Shown here piece after piece: positions 8,487 to 16,530 of a stretch of DNA of 30,728 nt. The position numbers were made by a program, and so were the translations under genes. How positions within the stretch are numbered: position 1 is the first letter of the stretch; every line of letters starts with the position of its first letter. The stretch is from the NCBI GenBank assembly GCA_040752415.1, contig JBFMGU010000124.1:1-30728 (forward strand), given 5' to 3'. The stretch comes from Myxococcota bacterium. GTDB taxonomy: Bacteria > Myxococcota > JACRCW01. The notes under the pieces were generated by a model. The model ran no database searches. It saw only the letters and a list, made by a program, of their open reading frames with translations, and was not told where the DNA came from.

Positions 8487-9332
8487 ATGAGACGAATGGC
8501 ATGTGTGGGTTTGGCGCTGGGGCTCTGGGCATGTCCGCCCCCGCCGGGTGGCTCCTCCGATGACAGCCCGTACTTCAACCGCAGCGTGACGAGCTCGTCG
8601 TCGTCGGCCGCCTCCAGCGCGTCGGCGAGCACATCCTCCGGCTCCAGCTCCAGCGGTGGCGCCGCGTCGTCGTCGTCCTCGTCGTCGTCGGGTGGGGCCG
8701 CGGTGGGCTCGTCCTCGTCGTCCGCGAGCTCCTCGTCGTCGTCCAGCTCCTCGTCCAGTTCGTCGGGTGTCACGTCTTCCAGCAGCAGCTCCACGGGCGG
8801 CGCCGGGACGTCGTCCGGCGGTGATGTGTGTGAGGCGGTGGTGGAGGTGCATCCACCGGTGAGCAGTCCGCACGTGGCGGCGTGCTCGGTGGTCAACTAC
8901 GAGACCAACCCGCCCACGTCGGGACCGCACTACGGGCAGTGGGCCGCGTACAAGACGTACACCTCACCCGTGCCGCGCGGTTACTACGTGCACGCCATGG
9001 AGCACGGCGGCGTGGTGATTGCGTACAACTGCCCGGACGGCTGCGCGGACGACGTGGACGCGCTGGAGGACTTCATCGACGGTCGCCCCACCGACCCGGC
9101 GTGCCCGGCCTCCGTGGGCAAGCGCATCATCCTCACGCCCGACCCCCTCCTGGATGCACGTTTCGCCGCTGCGGCGTGGGGCGCGTGGCTCAAGGCGGAC
9201 TGCGTGGACCTGGACGGGTTGGCGCTGTTCCTGGACACGTATTACGCGCACGCGCCGGAGAACATCTGCGGCACCGGCCTGGACCCCACCAGTCCCGACG
9301 CCGGTGTCCCCGAGAACTGCGGGGAGCCCTGA
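8487..9332 (+). CDS. DUF3105-family lipoprotein with a poly-Ser linker
   Basis: Lipobox LWAC; long Ser-rich spacer; NPPTSGPHY, VHAMEHGGVVIAYNC and AAAAWG motifs of DUF3105. Confidence 0.85.
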   Translation: MRRMACVGLALGLWACPPPPGGSSDDSPYFNRSVTSSSSSAASSASASTSSGSSSSGGAASSSSSSSSGGAAVGSSSSSASSSSSSSSSSSSSGVTSSSSSSTGGAGTSSGGDVCEAVVEVHPPVSSPHVAACSVVNYETNPPTSGPHYGQWAAYKTYTSPVPRGYYVHAMEHGGVVIAYNCPDGCADDVDALEDFIDGRPTDPACPASVGKRIILTPDPLLDARFAAAAWGAWLKADCVDLDGLALFLDTYYAHAPENICGTGLDPTSPDAGVPENCGEP

Positions 9333-9414
9333 GGGCGTTGAGCTCGTCGAGCGCGGAACCATCCAGGGCCACCGTCACGGAACCACTTCTTCATGAGCTC
9401 CTCCGCGGCCTGAA

Positions 9415-10143
9415 ATGTCGGCGTTGCCCCCGCGCCCAGCCTTCCTCCCGTCCGCGCTGCGCCTGCTTGCCGCTGCCGCAGTGGGTCCGCCCCTGCTCAC
9501 CACCGCCACCGCGGCCGGCGCGCTCTCCAACCGTACCGGAATGTGGATCCTCCGCGGGTGGAGCGCGTTGGAGCTGCGCATCCTGGGTGTCGACGTGGAA
9601 CTGGAGGACCGCACCGGCGGCCTGCGCGCTCCGCCCTACGTGTTCGTGCAGCTCAACCAGGGCAGCCTGCTGGACGTGCTCCCCTGGATCCAGAGCGTGG
9701 ACCTCCCGGTGCGGCCCATCATCAACGTGGAGTTCGCGTTGCTGCCGTTCCTGGGCTGGGCGCTCACGGCGGGCGGCGGGATCGTGGTGGTGCGGCAGTG
9801 GTCCTGGCAAGCCCGACGAGCGATGGCGCGCGCGGAAGCGGCGTTGCGCGCGGGAAGCAGCGTGGGCGTGTCCATTGAGGGACGACGCAGCCCCGACGGC
9901 ACGTTGCTGCCGTACAAGAAGGGACCGGTGATGTTGGCGCTTCGCGCCGGTGCGCCACTGGTGCCGGTGGTGTTCCATGGCACGGCCGCGCGGCTGCCCT
10001 ACGGCGAGTGGCGCGTGCGACCGGGGAAGGTGCGTGTCACGTTGTGCGAACCGGTGGAGACGCGCGGGCTCACCGTGGCGTCGCGCGACCTGCTCGTCGA
10101 GAAGCTGCGCAGCGTTGCCCAGGCCGAGCTGCAGCGGGCGTGA
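9415..10143 (+). CDS. PlsC-like lysophospholipid acyltransferase family protein with atypical motif I
   Basis: NQGSLLD (HxxxxD position), LPFLGW, IEGRRSPDG.LLPYKKG, PLVPV motifs. Confidence 0.8.
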   Translation: MSALPPRPAFLPSALRLLAAAAVGPPLLTTATAAGALSNRTGMWILRGWSALELRILGVDVELEDRTGGLRAPPYVFVQLNQGSLLDVLPWIQSVDLPVRPIINVEFALLPFLGWALTAGGGIVVVRQWSWQARRAMARAEAALRAGSSVGVSIEGRRSPDGTLLPYKKGPVMLALRAGAPLVPVVFHGTAARLPYGEWRVRPGKVRVTLCEPVETRGLTVASRDLLVEKLRSVAQAELQRA

Positions 10144-10215
10144 AGGCCACGCTTGGGTCCGTGATCCCGTCGAGCGGCTTGCTCCGCCGGTGCGGGTGAC
10201 CATATTGGAGACCCC

Positions 10216-11040
10216 ATGGGCACCACCTCCGCCGCTCCCTCGGACCACGTGCTGATCGAGGCCGCGCGCGCGGGCGACCGTCGTGCGCTGGAGACGCTGC
10301 TGGCGCGGCACCAGGACACCATCTACCGCTTCGGGGTGCGCATGTGCGCCAATCCCGACGACGCGCAGGACGTCCTGCAGGACACCATGCTCGCGGTGGC
10401 GCGCAACCTCCACAGCTTCCGCGGCGCGTCGTCGTTCTCCACGTGGGTGTACGCCATTGCGCGTAGCTTCTGCGCCAAGCGGCACCGGCCGGGGCGCTCC
10501 GTGCGGGCGGCGGATCTCGACGAGGAGGCGGCGGCGGAGGGCGTGGCGGATCCGCGCCGGGGACCGGAGGATGCGCTGCTGGAGCGTCGACTTCAGCGGT
10601 CCCTGGAGGACGCCATTGCCGCGCTGGAGCCCATGTACCGCGAGACGTTGCTGCTGCGTGACGTCGAGGGACTCAGCGCGGCCGAGACCGCGGAGGTGCT
10701 GGGGCTGACGGTGGAGGCGGTGAAGAGCCGGTTGCACCGCGCGCGCGTGGCGGTGCGGGACGCCATGGCGCCGGCGCTGGGGACTCTCGACGAGACGCCG
10801 CCCACCGCCGCCTGCCCGGACATCCTCACCACGCTGTCCCGTCACCTGGAGGGGGAGATCTCACCGGCGCAGTGCGCGCAGATGGAGCAGCACGTGCAAG
10901 GTTGCACGCGGTGTCGCACGGCGTGTGATTCGCTCAAGCGCACGCTGGCGTTGTGCCGGGCCGTCCCCGCCGGGCCCGTGCCGGAACCGGTCCAGCTCAA
11001 GGTGCGCCAGGCGCTGTGGGAGCTGCTGGCCCGGCCCTGA
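10216..11040 (+). CDS. ECF RNA polymerase sigma factor with a fused C-terminal zf-HC2 (ZAS-type) domain
   Basis: Region 2 DAQDVLQDTML...FRGASSFSTWVYAIARS; region 4 LLLRDVEGLSAAETAEVLGLTVEAVKSRLHRAR; C-terminal C...HVQGCTRC (HxxxCxxC); GGAG RBS. Confidence 0.92.
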   Translation: MGTTSAAPSDHVLIEAARAGDRRALETLLARHQDTIYRFGVRMCANPDDAQDVLQDTMLAVARNLHSFRGASSFSTWVYAIARSFCAKRHRPGRSVRAADLDEEAAAEGVADPRRGPEDALLERRLQRSLEDAIAALEPMYRETLLLRDVEGLSAAETAEVLGLTVEAVKSRLHRARVAVRDAMAPALGTLDETPPTAACPDILTTLSRHLEGEISPAQCAQMEQHVQGCTRCRTACDSLKRTLALCRAVPAGPVPEPVQLKVRQALWELLARP

Positions 11041-11100
11041 CGCGCTCTTTTTTCCTGAATCCTCCGGCGACCCGCTGGCTCCCATCCCGTGGAGGCAGTC

Positions 11101-11187
11101 GTGGACCTTTGGACGTCGCTGGCCGTGCTGACGGTCTGGATCCTGTTGCAGGCCCTCATCCTCCCCAAGATGGGAGTGGGGACCTGA
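11101..11187 (+). CDS. Small membrane protein MDLWTSLAVLTVWILLQALILPKMGVGT (28 aa); UGA may encode Sec, extending the ORF to 11265 (54 aa)
   Basis: GGAGG at 11091-11095, GTG at 11101, one hydrophobic helix, GC3-rich codons; TGA 11185-11187 followed by an open frame to TGA 11263-11265; not in the ORF track. Confidence 0.7.
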   Translation: MDLWTSLAVLTVWILLQALILPKMGVGT

Positions 11188-11226
11188 ATGGTGCCGAAGC
11201 CGCGCCGTGATGCGCGGAAGGAACCA
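11188..11226 (+). promoter_or_regulatory. Candidate bacterial SECIS element
   Basis: Immediately 3' of the UGA: lower stem TGGTGCC(11189-95)/GGAACCA(11220-26), upper stem CCGCGC(11200-05)/GCGCGG(11212-17), loop CGTGAT with G at position 2, loop 18 nt from UGA. Confidence 0.5.
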
Positions 11227-11278
11227 CGAAACAACGAGGACGACCAACCCGGTTGCATGGATTGAGATGAGGAAGAAG

Positions 11279-11578
11279 ATGACGGGAATCCTGGAATGGC
11301 TCACCGGCGGGCCCAAGGTGGATGCGCGGGAGCTGGTGCAGAAGGGCGCGTTGCTGCTGGATGTGCGCACGCGGGAGGAATACGCGCAGCGTCACATCCC
11401 GGGCGCGGTGAACGTCCCCGTGCAGGAGCTGGCGCAGCGGGTGGCGGAGGTGGGCAGCAAGACGCGCACCGTGGTGGTGTACTGCCGGAGCGGTCAGCGC
11501 AGCGGCGTGGCGCGCGACCTCCTGCTCCGCGCCGGATTCCAGGACGTGGTGAACCTGGGCTCCATCAACAACTGGTGA
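11279..11578 (+). CDS. Single-domain rhodanese (PspE/GlpE-like sulfurtransferase)
   Basis: LLDVRTREEYAQRHIPGAVNVP and VVVYCRSGQRS active-site loop; start 11279 (alternative 11267). Confidence 0.92.
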   Translation: MTGILEWLTGGPKVDARELVQKGALLLDVRTREEYAQRHIPGAVNVPVQELAQRVAEVGSKTRTVVVYCRSGQRSGVARDLLLRAGFQDVVNLGSINNW

Positions 11579-11662
11579 CCGAGCTTCGTCGTCGTCACGG
11601 ATGGGGCACGCGGCGCAGGATGGTCACGCCCGGGCCCGATGCCGTCCGGTGGGCGTGTTGCT

Positions 11663-11761
11663 TCAGCCCGGCAGCGTCACGAGGTTCCACAACGCGTAGG
11701 CCACATTCAGCACGAACAGGGCGGCACAGATCCACGGCGTGAAGTCGGTCTCGTCTTCCAT
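11663..11761 (-). CDS. Small single-pass membrane protein MEDETDFTPWICAALFVLNVAYALWNLVTLPG (32 aa)
   Basis: GGGAG RBS 7 nt before ATG 11761; acidic N-terminus plus one TM helix; GC3-rich codons; not in the ORF track. Confidence 0.55.
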   Translation of the reverse strand: MEDETDFTPWICAALFVLNVAYALWNLVTLPG

Positions 11762-11909
11762 GGCGCGCTCCCGGTTTCGCCCCAGGAACGCCCTTGGTGA
11801 CGCGATCCTTCCCACCCGCTCCGTTTGCCGCGGAGAAGTTGCGTCGTTGTCACGCCCGACTCACCAAGGCGTCACACGCCGCTCCAACCGTTGGGCGTGA
11901 CGTCGAGGA

Positions 11910-13358
11910 TCAACCCCGGACCTGGCCGTGCGGTGTGCCCTCGATGAAGCCCGCGGCGGTCTGCACGCCCACCACGGCCTTCTCATGGAACTCACGCAGG
12001 TTGAGCGCGCCCACGTAGGTCAGCGCGGACTGCAGGCCGGTGATCATCTCGACGAGGAGGTCCCCCACGCTCTCGCGCCCTTCCTGGATGTAGATGCGGG
12101 AGCGGGAGATGCCCTCACGGAAGAAGCCCTTCTTGGCGCGCTCAAACGCGTCCAGGCCCGCGGTGCGGTCGCTGACGGCGCGCGCGGAGGCCATGCCGTA
12201 GTTCTCCTTGTACATGCGCCCCTGCGCGTCCAGGCGCACGTCGCCGGGGGACTCCCAGGTTCCGCTCAGCGCGGTGCCCACCATGACGCGGGACGCACCA
12301 GCGGCCAGGTAGAGCGCCACGTCGCGGGGGAAGCGCACGCCACCGTCGGCCCAGACGTGTTTCCCCAGCGCGCGCGCCTGGCGGGCACATTCCAGCACGG
12401 AGGTGAAGGTGGGGCGGCCCACGCCGGTCTGCATGCGCGTGGTGCACATGGCGCCGGGGCCCACGTTGACCTTCACCACGTCGGCGCCGGCCTCGATCAG
12501 CGCGCGGGTTCCCTCGGCGGTGCACACGTTGCCGGCGATGATGGGCATGCTGGCTCCCACCGCCTTGCGCACCTCCTGCAGCGCTTCCAGCATGCGTCGC
12601 TGGTGTCCGTGCGCGGTGTCCAGGACCAGCGCGGACACGCCGAGCTCCTTGAGCTGAGCGGCAATGCGCGCGGCGTCGGCGCTGATGCCCACCGCGGCGG
12701 CCACCATGAGCTCACCGTGCGCGTCCAGCGCGGGACGCAGCAGCTCCAGGCGGACGGCGTCGTCGCGGGTGAGCACGCCCACCAGGCGACCGGCCTCGTC
12801 GAGGACCGGCACCGCCTTGAGGCGCGCGTCCTCCATGACCAGGAACGCCTCCTTGTTGGTGGCGCCCACCCGGATGGTGACCATGCGCTTGGACATGATG
12901 GCGCTGGCGGGCGTGTACTGGTCGCGGTCACGCAGGTCCGCGGGAGTGACCAGGCCCACGGGGCGCCGGTCTCCGTCGACGACAACCACCAGGCCGTGCG
13001 CGCGCTTGCGCATGATGCCTTCAATGTCGCGCAGCGTGGCGTCGGGATTGACGGAGAGCGGGGTGTCATAACGCGGGTCCGCGCGACGGATGTGCCCCAC
13101 GATGCGCTCGACGGTGTGGAGGCTCATGTCCTGCGGCAGCACGCCCAGTCCGCCAAAGCGCGCCATGGTTTCCGCCATGCGCTTGCCGGTGACCGCGTTC
13201 ATGTTCGCCGACACGATGGGATGGCTGCCGCCGGGGAAGTCCTGGGGTGTCAGCGTGGTGTCCAGGCGGGACACGCCGTCGAAGCGGTTGGGGACCAGGA
13301 AGACGTCATCCAGCGTCAGCTCGAGCTGGGTGTCGCGTTCAGGATGCAGGAAGCGCAC
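11910..13358 (-). CDS. guaB1: GuaB1-family IMP dehydrogenase-related protein / GMP reductase with a CBS pair
   Basis: N-terminus MRFL...LTLDDVFLVP, SANMNAVTGKRMAETMARFGG, CBS insert, DTAHGHQ, GPGAMCTTRMQTGVGRP, VWADGGVR.PRDVALYLAAGA, FREGIS; GTG start 13358 after GAGGTGGAG. Confidence 0.88.
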   Translation of the reverse strand: MRFLHPERDTQLELTLDDVFLVPNRFDGVSRLDTTLTPQDFPGGSHPIVSANMNAVTGKRMAETMARFGGLGVLPQDMSLHTVERIVGHIRRADPRYDTPLSVNPDATLRDIEGIMRKRAHGLVVVVDGDRRPVGLVTPADLRDRDQYTPASAIMSKRMVTIRVGATNKEAFLVMEDARLKAVPVLDEAGRLVGVLTRDDAVRLELLRPALDAHGELMVAAAVGISADAARIAAQLKELGVSALVLDTAHGHQRRMLEALQEVRKAVGASMPIIAGNVCTAEGTRALIEAGADVVKVNVGPGAMCTTRMQTGVGRPTFTSVLECARQARALGKHVWADGGVRFPRDVALYLAAGASRVMVGTALSGTWESPGDVRLDAQGRMYKENYGMASARAVSDRTAGLDAFERAKKGFFREGISRSRIYIQEGRESVGDLLVEMITGLQSALTYVGALNLREFHEKAVVGVQTAAGFIEGTPHGQVRG

Positions 13359-13528
13359 GCTCCACCTCAGGCCGCGGGATGTCGCGGAGACGCCGCGGCG
13401 ACGGGAAATCGCACGGACGCTATCGGTCCGGGGGCGGGCTGTCACGTCGAGCGCCAGCGGCAACGTGGGCGGGCGGAGCCAGGCCGGGTGCGAGGATCGC
13501 GTGCACCATGGCGCTCACGCGGAAGGGA

Positions 13529-15997
13529 TCACCAACGGACTTCCACTTCCACGTGCGTGAGGTTTCCCTGGACGGTGAGGGTTCCCGGCGTCATCTCGAG
13601 CGGCTGCGCGGGATTCATCAGCACCACGGCCAGGCGAGCGTCGTCGTCGCGGCTGCGCAGACACGGTGCTGCCGCGGGCTCCGCGCACGACGAGAGCGCC
13701 TGGCCACCCTGCTGGAACCCGCCGGGAACGGCGCCCGCGGGAGAGCTCAGCACGTAGCGAATGCCCTCGCGCTCCTCAAAGCTCCCGTCGGCGCCGAGGA
13801 AGACGCGGAGCACGCGCCGCCCAGCGACGTCGTCGAGGTCCACGAGCGGCGGGTCGGCGGGAAGCAGGGTCTCCACCGTCGGGTCCAGCAGCGGGATCAC
13901 CGAGCCGGCGCGGGCGTGCAGACCGATTTCCGTGACGGGGAGAGCCAGGGTGACGTCGGTGGGACCGGTCACCGGAGCGCCGCCGTCCCACGGCAGCCAG
14001 GTGCCGGGCGGAAGGTGCGCGGTGCGGGAGGTGGCGCCCTCGTCGACAACCGGGCTCACCAGCAGCGCGGGTCCCAGCATGAACTGGTCGGACACGGTCC
14101 ACGTCACGCCGTCCGAGGGAAACTCCAGCGCGAGGCCCCGCACCAGCGGGATGCCGCGCGTCTCCGCGACCTTGGACCCGCCGTCCAGGTACGGGAACAG
14201 CCGGATGTGGAACGACGCCCAGCGCTTGAAGTGCGCCAGGGTCTCCTCGTCCTTGCCCCACCACCAGTTCGCGCGCGCGTCGATGCCGTGGTGCGTGCGC
14301 ATGACCGGGGAGAGCGCGCCCAGCGTGGTCCACCGGAAGTACAGCTCCTTCGTCGACGGATCGTTGGTGGCGCTCTGGTATCCCGCGATGTCGTGGCCGT
14401 ACGTCGAGACGCCGGCGAGGCCGAGGTTGATGCCGATGGGAATGACCGTGAAAAGCCCGTCGTCGCGCTGGAAGCTGGTGCGCTGGTCACCCGCCCAGAA
14501 CACCGGCACGTGCGTGTTGGAGCGCAGCCAACCGGAGCGCGCGAAGAAGAGGCGCTGTCTTCCGTCGGTGCGCTCGGCAAGGACCTCCGCGCACACGCTG
14601 GTCCATTCCCGCGGATAACGATTGTGCGCTGCAAGAGCGTCTTCTCCCGACGACAACACCGCGTCGTGCGGCAGCCACTCCCCGTAGTCCGCCATCCAGC
14701 CGTCAAAGCCCACGTCAACCGCGGCGCGCAGGTGCTGCTTCACCCACTCGCGCGTCTCCGGGCGGGAGAGGTCGGCAAGCGCGGTGGGGTCGAACGTCAC
14801 GCCGTCGAACAGGTACGGGTCACCGCTGGTCTTCTTCACCACGTGACCGTCGGCAATGGCCTCGTCGTAGATGTCCGCGCCCTGCACGATGAACGTGTTG
14901 TAGTACGCCATCCACGCGAAGCCGTTGGCGTGCAGCTCGGCGGCGAGCGTCTCCGCGTCGGGATAGAGCGCGCGGTCCAGGTCCCAGTCCTCCTCGAGCC
15001 GGTAGCCCTGGCCCTCCACGTCATTTCCACCGCGGAAGTCCTCCGACCAGATGAGTGACGACGGAACGTGTTGCTCCCGGATGAGCCGCGCCATGTCGCG
15101 CACGCTCTGGCTGCCGTAGACGGCGTCATGCCACGGCGCGAACGCGAGGGGCGGCGGACGCACGGGACGTCCCAGGGCCCCGGCGGTGGCGCGCTCCAAG
15201 GCGAGCATGGGCTCCGGTCCGTCGTACAGCCACAGGTCCATCCGACGGTCCCACACCTCCGCGCGCCAGGCGTCCGCGCGGGTGGAGCACATCTCGAAGA
15301 TGCTGCGGTGATCATTGTCGACGACGGCGAGGTAGCCGCGGTTGGAGAGCCAGGTGGGCAGCCCCATGCTGCTGGCGTGACGCGTGCCCTGGAGGAACCA
15401 GAACTCGTTGGGCTCGTCGCTGTCGCTCTTGCCGATGCCGGGCTCGCTGGTCCAGATGGCCACGGTGTGTCCGTGATGGTCCACGCTGTCCGCCTGCGCG
15501 CCGAAGCCCAGGAACCGGTCACTCTCGGCGCACGCAAAGGCCATGGCCACGCGGTTGACGTCGGGAGCGGAGGCCTCAAACGCCACGTGCAACGCGCCTT
15601 CCGACGGAGATTCCAACGTGGTCACACCCAGCGCGTTTCCGTCGGACGCGGTCCAGGCCAGGCGGACCACGCCGTTCTCCAGCGAGGAGGTTGCGTTGGC
15701 GGGGGCCGTCCACGGAGCGATTCCGTCGGTGATGAGGAAGCTGCCGTACAACATTTCGAACGTGGCCTCGTCTGAGCGCACGGACACCGGGGCATAGCCG
15801 GGTTCCAGGTTCACGGAGTCCAACAACACGCGGCCGGGGTCGGAGGCGCTGCGCACCGTCACATGCGTGCCGTCGACGTCCACCCGGAATGCGCCCACCA
15901 CGTGGGACACCGAAGAGGGGTGCTCCGCCTTGGGACACGCCACCATCCACACGCTTGCCAGCACTGCCAGCCACGTCTGCTTCCGTCGGAGTTTCAT
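13529..15997 (-). CDS. Glycoside hydrolase family 31 lipoprotein (YihQ-like clade)
   Basis: Lipobox WMVAC; nucleophile motif GWMADYGEWLP; acid/base WAGDQ; HDIAGY, ELYFRW, VMRTHHG, DQFMLGPALLVSPV; ATG 15997. Confidence 0.88.
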   Translation of the reverse strand: MKLRRKQTWLAVLASVWMVACPKAEHPSSVSHVVGAFRVDVDGTHVTVRSASDPGRVLLDSVNLEPGYAPVSVRSDEATFEMLYGSFLITDGIAPWTAPANATSSLENGVVRLAWTASDGNALGVTTLESPSEGALHVAFEASAPDVNRVAMAFACAESDRFLGFGAQADSVDHHGHTVAIWTSEPGIGKSDSDEPNEFWFLQGTRHASSMGLPTWLSNRGYLAVVDNDHRSIFEMCSTRADAWRAEVWDRRMDLWLYDGPEPMLALERATAGALGRPVRPPPLAFAPWHDAVYGSQSVRDMARLIREQHVPSSLIWSEDFRGGNDVEGQGYRLEEDWDLDRALYPDAETLAAELHANGFAWMAYYNTFIVQGADIYDEAIADGHVVKKTSGDPYLFDGVTFDPTALADLSRPETREWVKQHLRAAVDVGFDGWMADYGEWLPHDAVLSSGEDALAAHNRYPREWTSVCAEVLAERTDGRQRLFFARSGWLRSNTHVPVFWAGDQRTSFQRDDGLFTVIPIGINLGLAGVSTYGHDIAGYQSATNDPSTKELYFRWTTLGALSPVMRTHHGIDARANWWWGKDEETLAHFKRWASFHIRLFPYLDGGSKVAETRGIPLVRGLALEFPSDGVTWTVSDQFMLGPALLVSPVVDEGATSRTAHLPPGTWLPWDGGAPVTGPTDVTLALPVTEIGLHARAGSVIPLLDPTVETLLPADPPLVDLDDVAGRRVLRVFLGADGSFEEREGIRYVLSSPAGAVPGGFQQGGQALSSCAEPAAAPCLRSRDDDARLAVVLMNPAQPLEMTPGTLTVQGNLTHVEVEVRW

Positions 15998-16070
15998 CGT
16001 GTTTCGCCTCGTGGGTGCTCTTCTTGCCGCACGCGCCCCGCCATCGCAATTGCGCGCATTCGCTCCTGCC

Positions 16071-16424
16071 AATGAGATTGGGTGCGGCTCTATTGAATTT
16101 GAAACGACGGTCGACGTCACCGGCGGCTCAAGCCGCATGCTGGAAAGGCACCAAGCCTGGCCTCGCAGCCCGTTGGCCCACTTGGCCGCGCCAGGCTCTG
16201 CGTTGGCGGCATAGGGAGCGTGGTTCGCAGAATCCAGGTTGTCGCAAGAGCTCGAGACAACGTCGCAATCTCAAGCCTCGCTTCTTGTGGCCACCGAGGC
16301 AGAGCCTGGCGCGGCCAAGTGGGCCAACGGGCTGCGAGGCCAGGCTTGGTGCCTTTCCAGCATGCGGCTTGAGCCGCCGCTGACGTCGACCGTCGTTTCA
16401 AAAGAGCCGCCACCCCATCTCATT
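16071..16424. repeat. Long inverted repeat element B (same family as element A)
   Basis: 16098-16201 vs 16299-16402 reverse-complementary at 103/104 nt; imperfect extension to 16071/16424; shared core with 2437-2724. Confidence 0.93.
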
Positions 16425-16530
16425 TAGCAGGGGAAGGGCGTCGTCCCAAAAGTGCCGCGCCCATCGCAACCGGCGCTGCAGGGGCGTGACGTGGCGGGGC
16501 AACGTGGTTGATGCGCGCGGGCCACGTTGA

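Noticed and set aside
8588..8820. TCG/TCC/AGC-rich stretch as a DNA repeat
   Set aside because: Mixed Ser codons encode a poly-Ser linker in the lipoprotein
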